This document shows positions 51,820 to 63,500 of a stretch of 64,000 bases of DNA, in pieces. How positions within the stretch are numbered: the stretch's first letter is position 1; every line of letters begins with the position of its first letter. Where the stretch lies: NCBI GenBank assembly GCA_036172245.1, contig JAYWIR010000082.1, positions 124,001 through 188,000 of the forward strand, in the 5' to 3' direction. The position numbers and the translations under genes were made by a program. The notes beneath the pieces are model-generated. The model was not told the origin of the DNA and ran no database searches. It worked only from the letters and a program-made list of their open reading frames with translations. The stretch comes from Raillietiella orientalis (taxonomy: Eukaryota).

Positions 51820-52149
51820 TCTCGAATACCCTGGAACTTTGAGTCGGACGCAGGACTTCCCTCATCACCCAAAAGGTCCTTGGTACACTTTTCCTTTTTT
51901 TGGAAAGGTGGGGGTGGAGGAAGGAGGGTAGACAAACAAAAAGCAGAAGCAGGAAAAGGAGGTCATAAATGTGTTCTATATCACAGCCCGTTTCTTCAAG
52001 AGGAACCTTGGAATGGGTCAAACGGCAGCCAACTCCGGCTTCTGGAGACAAGGAGACAGTCAGACCAGACTTCCGCTAAGCAGGAGCCCCCAAACGTAAC
52101 GCCAAGGCACTTGATGTACTGTACTGTCCGTTAAGATCCCCAAAAGGAT

Positions 52150-52840
52150 CCGGCCCAATAAGAACCATGCAGGACTCCGCCCGTTGGTTCTCATGTCATC
52201 CCCACGGAGGATCATCAGCTCGAACTCCTCCAGAGATGACTCCGAGATGGACATGGGCAACGGAAGCGGAAGATCGTCGGGTGTGTGCGGAAACGGCAGG
52301 TGTGACGGGAAGCACCAGCTCGGTAGGGTTGCAGTTCCTCTTTAAGCTTCCAGCACCAACTCGGAATGCCGAAGAGCAGGGGACTTTGGACTGTCACCCT
52401 GCCAAATGTCTTGCGCCACCGGAATGCCATGCACGTGCTGGCCGCTGAGATTTGCATTCCTCAGCGCGTCGCGCCAGCCGGAGCACGGATAGGCTACAAA
52501 GGCGTCAGGAAGCCCCAGCTTTACAGGAGCTCCAGAAGAAGCTCCCGATCTATGCAATGGAATGTTTTCCGCAAGTCAACTGCAACCGCAAGGGTTCCAG
52601 GCACGCCCGCTTCTCTATGGATTCGCTGTCCTCGGCCGATGAGAATGCTGAATTCCCTTTGAAACTGGACGCAACCCACCGCCGGAACTCTATCTAGAGA
52701 GGAACAGGTCGTGTTTCGTTTAGGAGCGGCATCTGCTCTGGATTCATCGCGGATTCTGCCAACCATCTGAATCTCGTAGCCCGCAGCTTCGGCACCAAGG
52801 CGACATCCACCGTAATGGGACGCCGGTTGTCAAGGTTACC
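52150..52840 (-). mobile_element. LINE reverse transcriptase fossil (conserved core motifs)
   Basis: NLDNRRPITV..AMNPEQ (WRPI..Q), LAVAVDLRKTFHCIDRELLLELL (D..KAFD), IPVAQDIWQGD/SPLLF (QGDPLSPLLF), VSAH../DDL (YADD), in order, with frameshifts. Confidence 0.8.
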
Positions 52841-53285
52841 AAGGTGAAGAGAGAATGGGTTCGTTATTTTCTTTCCTTCCCTTACCTGTCTTCGTTTCGG
52901 AGCGGAGGATGCTCTCCATGAAAGAATCGCGCGATGCTACCAACATGCCTTCAGCTTTGGAAGCTGCTGCATGACCCTTCTGTCCGGAAGATGTGCGCTG
53001 CCTCGGCGTTCTGGGCTTTGTGGCGACTCGCCGTGGTTTCCGCGTCCATGTCGAGAGTTTCCGGCTTTATCTCTGAGTCGGGAATCCTAGCAACAGGATT
53101 TTCCTGCGAGCCACCTCAAGGCCTCTTTGTTTCCGGTCTTGTCGTTCTTTTCAGGTGCCCCGTGTTGCTGCATTTACTGCAGAAGCTTCGGACTCGTCTG
53201 CAAACCACTGGAGGGATGATGGACATCCTTTTGGGGTTCTGTTTTCGACCCTTACCGTTCAGTTTCTTTTTTTTTCTGAGTTCCC

Positions 53286-54095
53286 TTTTTTTTTTTCTCC
53301 GGGTGCTGAAGAATCATTCCTCTCTTTAGGGGAGGTTTAAGAAGCTTTTTGACACTAAACCACGCACACATGGGTGAGTGTAATAACTCTTCAATTCAGG
53401 GGCACAACGGGAAGGGACCACTCTATAGACCCAGAAAGGCTCTGGAGGAAGGAACGCCTTCCTCTCATGCTTGGTAGGGGAAACCCGGAGGAAAAATACT
53501 CCCTGGTTGTGTTCGAACGGAACCCCTAAGGGAACCTATTCCTTATTCTCTCCGGGAAACCCCCCGAGGAGACCGCTCCTTATTTTTTCTTCGGGGCAAA
53601 CCCACAATGAAACCACTCCTCGTTTATTCTTCTGGAGAGAAAATCCCGAAGGGGCAATTCCAAACTTCTTTCAAGGGTCCTCGAAGGGAGCAGTGAGCTT
53701 CTTAACACTCTGGAGAGGCAACCACCCGAAAGGAGTACCAATCGGCTCCACAATACGCGATGGAGGATCCCTCTTCTTCTGGGGGATGGTTCCATTATTA
53801 CGACCGGAGCGGAACCCCGAAGGAAACCGGTGCTTTTCGATTCCTGGAGGGATCCTGGGGAATCGACTTCCAATCTCTGCTACCGAACGGGGGCATCCGG
53901 TTTCCACCAGTGCTGCACCCGGAGCCTGCGGGTCAACCAGGATCATCCTGAGGGGTAGGACTCGAGATCCACGACGCACTCATTTCTCGGCGTCGATCCT
54001 TTCCCTGGTTGAGATTCGAAGCCTCAAGGCTTGGCCCCTTTCATATTGACTCCACGCAGCACTGAAACCGCAGCCACGCGGCTACCAGCGCGGAC
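53286..54095 (-). mobile_element. tRNA-headed SINE-like repeat, copy 2 (full length)
   Basis: Minus-strand head has A-box-like TAGCCGCGTGG and B-box-like GCTTCGAATCT (54012-54022). Body is collinear with copy 1; poly-A tail appears as poly-T at 53286-53296. Confidence 0.75.
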
Positions 54096-54099
54096 TGCA

Positions 54100-55672
54100 C
54101 TTGCATCAGGTGGCCACGCTGGCCTGGAAAAACTGATAGATCTCTGGCATCCCTGAGAACATAGTGCCCGGCTGCAAAGAACCGTTCGCACGTGGGAGAG
54201 AATCCAGGAACCAAGCGCGGAACAGGTGCGACGTTTCCTGTACGCGCGTAAGAATTGCACTGGGAAATCCTGGAAGATCCCGCGAAGAGTGCATGGGCAA
54301 GCAGACCTCCCTCTCCGCCGCGCTACCTTCCCTTAGAGAACAGATGAACAGCAGCCTTACAGCTAGATGATAGGTAACTATGGACATCTCCGGAAGAAGA
54401 GGACTGGGCGAGTGGACGACGGGCTAGCTCACCAACGCTGCCACCCCGATTGCTCGACCTCATGGATTTTTGCGCTGTGGCGTGCTACTGGCTATTCCGG
54501 AGGAAGATCTGCAGTGGTTCCCGGTGCTCATGGACACCTACACCTCAGGAGTCGGCATTGATGCTGCTGCACCGTGGACTCCCGTGCAACACCCGCCGTC
54601 ATTATTGGTCACGGGTGTGTGTGGATCAAAACTGTGCAAAGTGTGGGTAGCGGGAATCACTCCCGCACCTACTAGTGGGCTGTGTTGCCCTCCAACCCCT
54701 TTGGGAACGCTTTGCCGCGACTCTTGGAACCCCTGGTGGCAACTCCAAAGACGTTATAAAGCACCTCTTCCTGCGCGACGCCCTCACGCCGGCTGCATCC
54801 CTAATAGCATCCCTCCCTGTGCTGCCTTCACTGGATCGTGGCCGCATGGAGCAACACCAGAGGAGGCCAGGCTCCGCGTCGGGATGCCGGCTTAGGCATG
54901 CTGACTCTGGAGAGAACCGAGCTGCAGGTGCAGCTTCGAATGTTGGCCCTGTGCGCCAACCTTTGGTCCACTCCGTGGTGCGCTCCCGCGCGCCTGCTCC
55001 TGCGGCGCTGCACCGGCAGCGATGGACTTCTGTCGCTCCGGCCGCATAACGAGCGCGCCACGAGAAGCTTCGGTTTCCCCTGGAAACCTCTCTACCGACT
55101 CCTGGTAGCCCACGCATGGATCTCCTGCCGCCCAGCGAACTTTGACTCCTGGCGGCAGGAACTGTTGCATGCCTGGGCAAAGCAACAGGATGTTTCCCTC
55201 TTGGAACTCCGTTGCGCCAACCTCTCCCCGTACTGCACGGTGGATGAGGTCTGCAACAGCCAGGAGAAGTGGACTCGCCTGGCTGTCACGCCCCTCGCCG
55301 ACGCGCTGTCAGCCCTCAGGGCAAGAGATGACAGCTGCCTACCGGCGAGGAGGGAGGTCGCCTGCACCATCGCAGGAGCAGCCCGACCCATAGGCGGCTG
55401 GAGGACTTGCGAGCTGGCAGACGCCGCCACGCCTCGCCACATCCCGAAGGGACTCCTTCGGTGGAGTGAACTTTTGAGTGTGTCCCCCGAAGAACTTGTG
55501 GTCCCTCCCTCCTGTTTGAACACTTCTGTGTTCCCTCTGAACAGGACGTCATCATGCTGGTGCATTGGGGTTTTCACTCCAGCGAACGAACCGTGTTTCC
55601 GGGGGAGTTGTCTCCCCGAACTGTAAAAGGTGCGGGGTAGCAGAAACGCTCCCGCACCTGCTTTTCGACTCT
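54100..55672 (+). mobile_element. L1/Tx1-like LINE ORF2 3' part (RT C-half, thumb, C-terminal zinc-finger motif)
   Basis: SGIPENIV, QTSLSAAL (QGDPLS-like), APRRDAGLGM (P..GGLG), then PNCKRCGVAETLPHLLFD (Cx2C..ET..HL..C) at ~55616-55669. Frameshifted. Confidence 0.75.
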
Positions 55673-57107
55673 ATGGACAACTATGGACAACGGAGGAGAA
55701 GTTGACACTCCTTTCTCGACTCGTTCGCAGTGTTTGCAGGCATTCCTGCCATTGCTACACCGCTGATACCAAGTTCAAAAGTATCAACCGGCTATCACTA
55801 GCAGTGAGATAAGGAGCAAGAAAAGTTACGCATCCGTGACCTTTTGCAGTTGCGCAATCCCTGTTTTTATGAGGAGGCGAGGGGTTAGGCCGAAATGGTG
55901 TTTCTCCCAATAGACTAATGCTTCTGGATTTGTCCTCAAATTAGTCTGACGCTTTGCTAGGAAATTATCTCCACCCATCCAGTATGCAGGGCTTAAAATA
56001 ATCAACGAATGCTTATCTTTTCTTCCACAGGTTCTGTGGACAAGCAGAAGTTTCCTGGATGCTGTGTGGCTGGTGCTGATGAGGGGAAGAAAGGGCTTCC
56101 TCCTTATCCTGGAATGGCTCGTCTACAAATCAATGGCTCAAGAAAAGCGAAACGATGCAAGACAAGAGTGGTTGCTCCTCTGAACCGTATGGAACTTCCG
56201 CTTCCTGGGACACGAAGAGGGTTATCTTGCATCTTTTCTTGCATCCCCGAAGAGAATGCGGTGTTGCACCGATGAGGCCAACATCGACAGCGAGGTCCCT
56301 GAATTCTGGGAGCATCTTTGCTGATTTGCTGAATGTGCTCGTCCCATTGTTCCGAGTTTTAGTCATGAGGATGCCCTGCAAATCCTGCTACCCACAGGGT
56401 TGGTGAGAGTGGGTCCAGTGTGTCAGCCTCAGGAAACCGACGCACACATGCTTTCCTGCTCTCGCGCTGGGCGCTTGCACGCTGAACATGGGAGTCGACT
56501 GCTTCCTTTCCGGGAGAGGGGCGTGCTTCATCCATTGTGGTGATGAATATTCATAAGATGGTAGGAATCCTCGGGGTGCTATTCCTCCTCCTCCTCCTCC
56601 TTTTCGAGAAATTCACTGAAGGAAGGGATAAATCCACACTCTCCCGTACAGGAATCCCAGCGGCTGCATCAGGAGACCCACTTTTCGGGGAAACCCACTG
56701 CCAGGAGCATCCGGGAATGGAGTGCATTCGAGATTGGGAACGGTTTGTCGGTAAGCGAACCTCTGAAGAACGCTTTGCCGTCAGCCTGCATGTCATGGAA
56801 GGTGCCCCGATGTTTGATCCGACCGCTTCCCAGATCTCAGCGCTAATCTTCCGAAAATTCCACGCAACCAGTGCTTCCCTGAATGAAGCAACCACCTACT
56901 GGCCCTCCACTGATCTCTCCCGGCGGAGGAAGTGCATCTTTTTTCGAAAGGTCATGCGAGCTTGGACTGTCATGCAGTGACGTTTCCTTCGAAAGCGATG
57001 TCGGACCTTTGTGCAGATGCGATTCAGAAAAGAATCCACGAAGGACGTAACGAACGCCCAAGGCTATGCAGGAAGTGCCTCAAAGCTCAAGTTCAGCGAG
57101 GAAACGG

Positions 57108-57176
57108 TCCAGATTAATCCTTAGTTGATGCCGATTTCCAGATTAATCCTTAGTTGATGCTGATTTCCAGATTAAT
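57108..57176. repeat. Tandem repeat, 29-bp unit x ~2.4
   Basis: tccagattaatccttagttgatgc(c/t)gatt at 57108-57136 and 57137-57165, plus a partial third unit. Confidence 0.95.
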
Positions 57177-58478
57177 TTAGACACAAGGTCGGGATGGTGG
57201 AAATGGAACATAGGTATATACCTTGCCCACGTGGTTACCATGTGAACCTTGATCTCTTGGGAATGTGCGAGACAGTCATGAAGGAAAGTGACAATGAAAA
57301 GGAATACCAAACTGGTGCGTTGGCTTGCCGTGTTCAACGGACTTGGTATCGGGTCTGCCCAAAGAAGAACATCTCCGAAGTGCATCCGTAGGGCCAGATG
57401 TAGACCAAGTTGCCCACCATCTCCCCGTGCCGCTCACGGATCCGTCCACCATCATCTCCAGCTTCCAAGGTACGCGGCGAATGCAAGTGAGCTGCTCCTC
57501 GGCGTGGAAGGATCGCAATCTTCATGCCGAGCGGTCAACCACGCCCTTTCGTGCCATCCGAAGAAGTTCGCGCTGGGAAAGAACACAGACGGAACACAGC
57601 GGGCACAGTGCCATCAACGCAAACAACAATCAGTGAGATCAACACGTGCTCTTTTACCCACGGAATCTTCCCCGCTGTGTTGGGCTTTCGCGTTCAATAA
57701 ATAAAAAAAAAAAATGATCCCGAAGAACCCCATCGCAGCTGTGTTCTGAAAAATATCGTTTCCAGGATCCAATCCAAGAGAGAGAGAATTCCCACAACAA
57801 GGGGAAACAACAGCATCCGTCGTGAAGAAGAGATTCGTAAATTTGATTTTCGAATGCTGAGGGGCGATTTCTCGGAGACGCTCTCTCGTTGGCTGGGAGA
57901 TGAGACCGGATGATGTGCGGAGCGGCGGCATTTTCGCATCCTGAAGAGTTTGAGGAACTCTCCGCGGACTTCGCCTCGCCCCGAGTCAGCTGTCCTGAAT
58001 CTGCAGTTAGGGAGCTTGCGTGGTCCATAAGCTCCCGAACGAATCCGGGATATCTGGAATCGTATGGCCTGCAGCGATCGTCCAGGCAGAAGGGACCCGA
58101 AAACACGGCCAGGTGAATGAATCCTCCTCAGGTGGAAGTAGGAGGAAGGGGGGGACGACCCTCACGAGTCTCATGCGACCGTCGGACTCGGTGCAAGCGC
58201 TTCTGGTTTCCGAAAGAGCGACTTCGCACACCGACCTGCCGAACCCGCGCGTTGGAGACCCTCGTTTCCCTGTCGCTTCCCAGTGCGCTACATCCCAGGA
58301 GCTTGATGCGATCCCGAGCATCTGCCAGATTAAAGAACTGGTGGGGGCGATCTTTGTGGACTTTCTAAGTCCGAGAGCCTGCCAGTAAGATGTTGCAACC
58401 ATTCGAACATGTTTGGAAACGGATCTGTCCCCGTACGGACACATTCTCTCATGGACCAAATGCGCAGATCGCAACGCT

Positions 58479-58648
58479 GGCCCGCTCTGGAGGCCGCGTG
58501 GGTGCAGTCTTGGTTCTGCATGGGTCCCAGATGAAAGGGGCCAAGCCTTGCGGCTTCGAATCTCACCCAGGGAAAAGACCGCTGAGAAATGAGTGCGTCG
58601 TGGGTCTCGAGTCCTACCACCAAGGATAATCCTGGTTGACCCACAGGC
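58479..58648 (+). mobile_element. SINE-like repeat, 5' head fragment
   Basis: atgaaaggggccaagccttg.ggcttcgaatctca...gagaaatgagtgcgtcgtgg.tctcgagtcctac...aggat.atcctggttgaccc closely matches the copy 2 head. Confidence 0.85.
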
Positions 58649-58649
58649 G

Positions 58650-59370
58650 GGTCACGCGGCAGCTCTTGTTTTTTTTTGCGATGCCGCGGATTTTCGCTGC
58701 GTGTCGCGATCGCTTTTGCTTTTTCAGCCTTCTTAAGACTTTTTTTATTTTGGACTACCTGCCATCCTCCCTGGCTGTCCCCCTCGACCTTTTCAGCACT
58801 TACGCCTGAGGTCGATACGGCAACTTCAGCTGGTGACGCGGAGGTAATGGTTTGTTTGGCGGCTTTCTCTGCCAATTTTTTAATCTTAGCCGTGAGCTTT
58901 CTCGCATTCCAAGCTTACGCGACGCGAAGGATACTTTGCGGGCACACCGCATTGGTGTGCCCCATGGTGTGGCACCGCTGGCACTGCACACTCGAACACC
59001 TCTTTCTGAGGTGACCTGAAGAGTTGCAGTGCGCGTAATATTTGGGTTTTCCCACATACCACAGGTCTACCAGTTCTCCGGAGACCTGTAGCTTGTGGGG
59101 TAACCCACAGCCCTCGCGCACGGTGATTCGCGCTGCCGCGACACCCCTCTGAAGTTCACGGTGTTCCAAGAAGAGGGAGGGCTTCGTCCACAGCGCGTGG
59201 ACCGTGCCATATTTGGCAAGTTCGTTCCGGACGGTCTCCTTGGTCATCGGCAACGTTATTCCCAGAGAGTGGACCATTATCGAGTGGATCACTGTGATCG
59301 GGAGGGCTCCTCTACAAGGTAGGTTACTTGTACAGTCCAGAGGGCGCGGCCGCCTTCTCGAGGGCGATGT
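58650..59370 (-). mobile_element. L1/Tx1-like LINE ORF1 (RRM-like region plus CCHC zinc knuckles), pseudogenised
   Basis: KETVRNELAKYGTV..LPHKLQVSG..LWYVGKPK, then Y-AHCNSSGHLRKRC (first Cys lost) and an intact CQRCHTMGHTNAVC. One in-frame TAA at 58915-58917, then GWQVVQNKK. 59627-60200 may be its 5' part. Confidence 0.85.
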
Positions 59371-59379
59371 ACACTCACG

Positions 59380-59570
59380 GAGTTCCCCCGGAGAAGAAAT
59401 AAGGAGCGGCCTCCTCGGGGGATTTCCCCGGAGAGAATAAGGAAGAAGTTCCCTTAGGGGTTCCCTTCGGAGACAACCATGACAGAAGTTCCCTTCAGAG
59501 CGCCCCTTCAGAGATCATCAGGGTGGCGGTGACCTTTGGTGTTCTTTCCGTAGGCAACCAAGGCTGCACT
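59380..59570 (+). mobile_element. SINE-like repeat, internal fragment of ~40 bp subrepeats
   Basis: gaaataaggagcgg.ctcctcggggg.ttt.cccggagagaataaggaa.a.gttcccttaggggttcc.ttcg matches the middle of copies 1 and 2. Confidence 0.8.
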
Positions 59571-60207
59571 GGGGTCTTCCCTGAAACGCGCGACGACACC
59601 ACTGGACTCTAGGGATTTAATTTAATTTAATCCCGGGCTGTCACAGTTGCGATGAACGGGAATCCCTTCAGCATCTGCTTGAAGACTGTTTCCCTCCGCC
59701 CCCTATGGGAACTTTTCAGAACGACCCTCCGGATCCAGGTTGGCACCCCCAGAGACATTTTATGGCTCCTCTTTGCGGGTACGCCCTGTAGCCAGCTGCA
59801 GCCCCAGCAGCGCTTTGTTGCATCCGCGGGATTGAGGCGGTCTGGAGCGAAGCCGACGAAGGAGGAAACGAGATGGACGCCGTCCAGTTTGCAGTACTCT
59901 TTCTGCGGATGGCGGCCAGATGGTTCCATCTGGGACCTATTCGGACGGAGCTAGACGGCATCTTATAAGGGATGCAGACTACCTCCAGTGGACGGTGATC
60001 TCTTTCCAACTCTCCCGAAGATTTTTCATTTATTTTGATTTAATTTATTTTTTTTCTTCCCCTCCCCCTACGCTGTCGAGGTACCCTCGCTGTTTGCGCA
60101 CCGGTTACCCGGCCAGGTCCGTGAACAAACGGAATGTGGTCCGCCGCGCGTGTTCTACCACAATTTATAAGAATGTTAAGAAACGCCCCGGCATGTGCGG
60201 GTGGGAA

Positions 60208-60466
60208 TCGGAGACAACCATGGCGAGGGTTCTCTTCAAGGTTCCCCTCCCAAGTGTGAGAGAAAGGATTCCTCCTTCAGGATCCCTTCTTGGATTCACA
60301 GAGTGGTTTCCTCTCGGATTACCCCCTAACTTGAAGAGTTACTATACGCACCCTCGGGTGGCGTGGACCTCTGTCAAAGTGCTTCGCGAGCACCTAAGCG
60401 AACAGTTCTTGAGTACTTAGGGAACCAAGAGAAAGAAATCCCTAAAAAAGAAAAGAAAAGAAAAAC
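60208..60466 (+). mobile_element. SINE-like repeat, 3' fragment with A-rich tail
   Basis: ggagacaacca..gcgagggttc...acgcaccctcgggt.gcgt.gacc..tgtcaaag.gcttcgc matches 48662-48830; ends in aaaagaaaagaaaag. Confidence 0.8.
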
Positions 60467-62439
60467 TGGACCTGGGAAGCCACCCGGCGTGCAAATCTGT
60501 GTGACCTGCGACGACAGGTGAAGGCTGAACCTTGACTTGAACGAAACCTTCTTCCTACAAGAAAGCCGCCAGCACCTTTGACTGTACGAGAAGCGTCGCT
60601 AAGGATCAGCAGCCCTCGGAAAAAGCCGGAATGAATGGACGAATGCTGAAGTGCGGGATGCGGCTTGGCGGCGAACCTTGGAGGAATCCCTCCAGAGCTG
60701 TTGCCTCGGACATCAGCACTACGCCTAGCGAAGAGAGGAAAGGACTTTCGGTAGCTCCGTGAGGACACGAAACGAAGAAGAAAAACGAAAAGCGCCCATT
60801 GCTTCCCATCCGAGGGAGACAGATTTGTGTCAAATCATCACTGAGGAGCCTTCGGGGACCTCCATTACGAGGGTAAAATCATCTGCTAGGGAAATTTTTC
60901 AATTTTTTCTTTTGCCAAGATGGCGCAAGAACAGGTGGAACCTGGGCGCCGACTGAACCCAGTCTCGGGAAGAGGAACTCCAACAGTGGAGTGCGGGGTC
61001 TCAGCTGCCCCAACAGCAAGTGTTCCTCACGCAGACATGACACGAATTCAGGCCGCTCCTCTACTGACTGTGGGGAGTGGAAAAATGATCACGAGCTGCA
61101 GAAATCAAGATACAGGAGCAAATTCAACCACAGGGGGAGAAAATTCCCGAGAGTAGCAAGGCAATCATCTCGGGTTAAAGAAAGACAAGGGCAAGACTCT
61201 GACCAAGGTCTCTGATGAGGAGCAGAATCCCTCGAGCTTTTCCAGAGTCGAAGAGGCCTCTTTCCTTCAGCTGATGCTACGCCTGCCGTCCGAAATCCCG
61301 AACACGCGCTCCATCCGATGCGCTGCACGGCAAGATCCACCCCGGTCCGCGCTCGAGATGGAGCGCGCCAGCAAACTTTGCCTTTCATATCACGTCTACC
61401 AAGCATCCACGATCAGATCTTCTATGGAGGCCCGCCAATCTCGGAGAATCATGCGTAGCAACTGATCCTCTTTTACCCTTTCCCCAGACGCGATAAAATG
61501 GAAAACCACGCAACGAGAGAAGCACTGGTCCACTGCTCTCTCTTCACCCAAGGTCCTGGTCAGTTGCACCAAAGCCACCGCCACGCCTCTGTTCCATCCT
61601 ACTTCGAACGTGAATGTTTCTGAGGAAGTACCTATCTCACGGGGAGGAACGCCACGTGTCCCTGGAAGTCGCTGTCTGAAGATTGAATTTGTATCTGGGC
61701 AGGGGCACGTTCATCTCATAGGGAATGCAAGGAGAGGAGAACGCCTTTGGCCTCCTGAGGATCGGGAGCTTCCCAAATGATCTCAAACCCATTCGACTTT
61801 TTGACGGTGACCCCAGCGTCCCTTGAGGTCACAGAGGGGGAGGGGGGAAAGATGAAGGAGTTCACGAGCTGAGCGCCACCCAAGGAGAACAGAGAAACAG
61901 CAGTGGGGCAGAAAGGAAGGCCCGAGGTCGAATGGACCTCCTAAACGAGGTGATCTCTATTTTCCGTGGGCAAACCCGAACACTTGCATCGTTCACAGTG
62001 CACAACGAGCAAGAGTGACCCTGCCTCAAAGACTCCCCCCACCCACCTACAGAAACAGCACTCGAAAGAGCACTCGTGCTGTAGCTCTGACCTCATTGAA
62101 AGAAGAACATGGAAATGATGGAAATCTTTTCCCTGTTTTCCCGGTTTCTTTCCCAGTTTTTTTTTTCCTTTTCGGTTTTTCTTTCTCTTGAGAGGCTGAG
62201 GGAGTGATCGTGGTCCCCCGCACCACTTCGGTGTGACTTCCCTATCCCGAATAGCTGGGCCATCTATTTGAAAAACATGAATCAAATTATTATACTGTCA
62301 TCGGCAAGGAAGGACCGATATGCGTGGGCCCGAACCCAAAGGGACTTCCTTCGCAGGGGACAGGACTAGGGAGGATTAGAGGGAGGAGAGGGGAGGACCA
62401 TGGATGAGTAAAAAAATGGGGAATGGGAAGGGACCAGTC

Positions 62440-63500
62440 TCACGATATTTTATTTGAATCCCGAGAGTCTGCGTTTCGAGCCGGGAAAACACGGAAAGAG
62501 AGAGAGAGAGCTCGCCGGTTTCGTCGGCCCAAAATCGTTCGAACGTTCCCTCGTGCCTCACTTCCCGGAATGGGCCATTCCGCCGTCCTTCGCGTGTAGG
62601 AGACGATGGCGATTGCCAATGGCTCCATTTTGGTAGCTGCCGCTGCTCGCACGTCACGGAAGATCGCCCACAACGAGGCGACCGGAAAGTTCGGAGACGA
62701 GGCCTCCTCTGGAAACAGGTCTTCAGCGGCGGCACCGTGGCACTGTAGTGCCAGTTGCCCGACTGAGATGAGCTCCCATCCGTGACTCAGCCTCCCGCAT
62801 TCCAGCAGCACGTGAGGGGCTGTCTCCACTGTCCCTCACCCTTGGGCACCCGATCCGCTGAGATGTGGTAGCGGCGTTCCTGGTTTCGAGGAAACGTCCA
62901 GTGCACCGGCAAGATGGGAGGGAGGACAGAGGCTTCGACAGGCACGGGATCCCGAAGTCCTCTCAGGGAATTCCATGAATTTGGGGAGACCCTGAGCTGC
63001 AACTTTTGGAGAAGTCTCGTATTCTAGCTGAGAAGTTCCACTAGCCAATGGGATTGGTAACCCCGGAGATAATGCAGGTCACCTCCCACTCTAATGAAGC
63101 ATCCTTTTCTTCCTGATCCCAACGATGAAATGATGGACGCCTGATGTCCTCAGTGGTCACACTGTGGAATCTGAGGAATAGACTAGCATCGTCCAGCATC
63201 CCTGCAAGGGGAGTCTCCTCAGACGACTGACAACGTTGCTGTTCAGGAGGGTTGCCTTTTCTTCCCGTATCCACGTTTCCAGTGATTCCTGCCTCCAATC
63301 ATTCCCGTTCAGTGAGCGCAAGATGACTATTCGTGTTCCTCCATTATCAACTCCATCTAGAGAAGCGAGTGACCCGGATCTCGACCTCTTCCGTAGTTGC
63401 GTGAGAGAACAGATGATAATCCTCCGCCGTTTCCTGAATTCTTCAGGAGAACGCGCGGAAAGAGACACAAGCGGGTGCTTCACGGCCACGCCACGAGAAC
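62440..63500 (-). mobile_element. L1/Tx1-like LINE ORF2 C-terminal fragment
   Basis: METAPHVLLEC zinc-finger tail. Upstream DWRQESLETW..ATLL and EVTCIISGVTNPIG match SWRQELLHAW..VSLL and EVACTIAGAARPIG of the 54100-55672 element. Minus-strand AATAAA near the stop. Confidence 0.7.

Noticed and set aside
57108..57176. CRISPR-like 29-bp repeats
   Set aside because: Units are head-to-tail with no spacers, there are no cas genes, and the context is eukaryotic.
59380..59570. Repeat-spacer array of ~40 bp units
   Set aside because: Degenerate tandem subrepeats internal to the SINE-like element, with no unique spacers.
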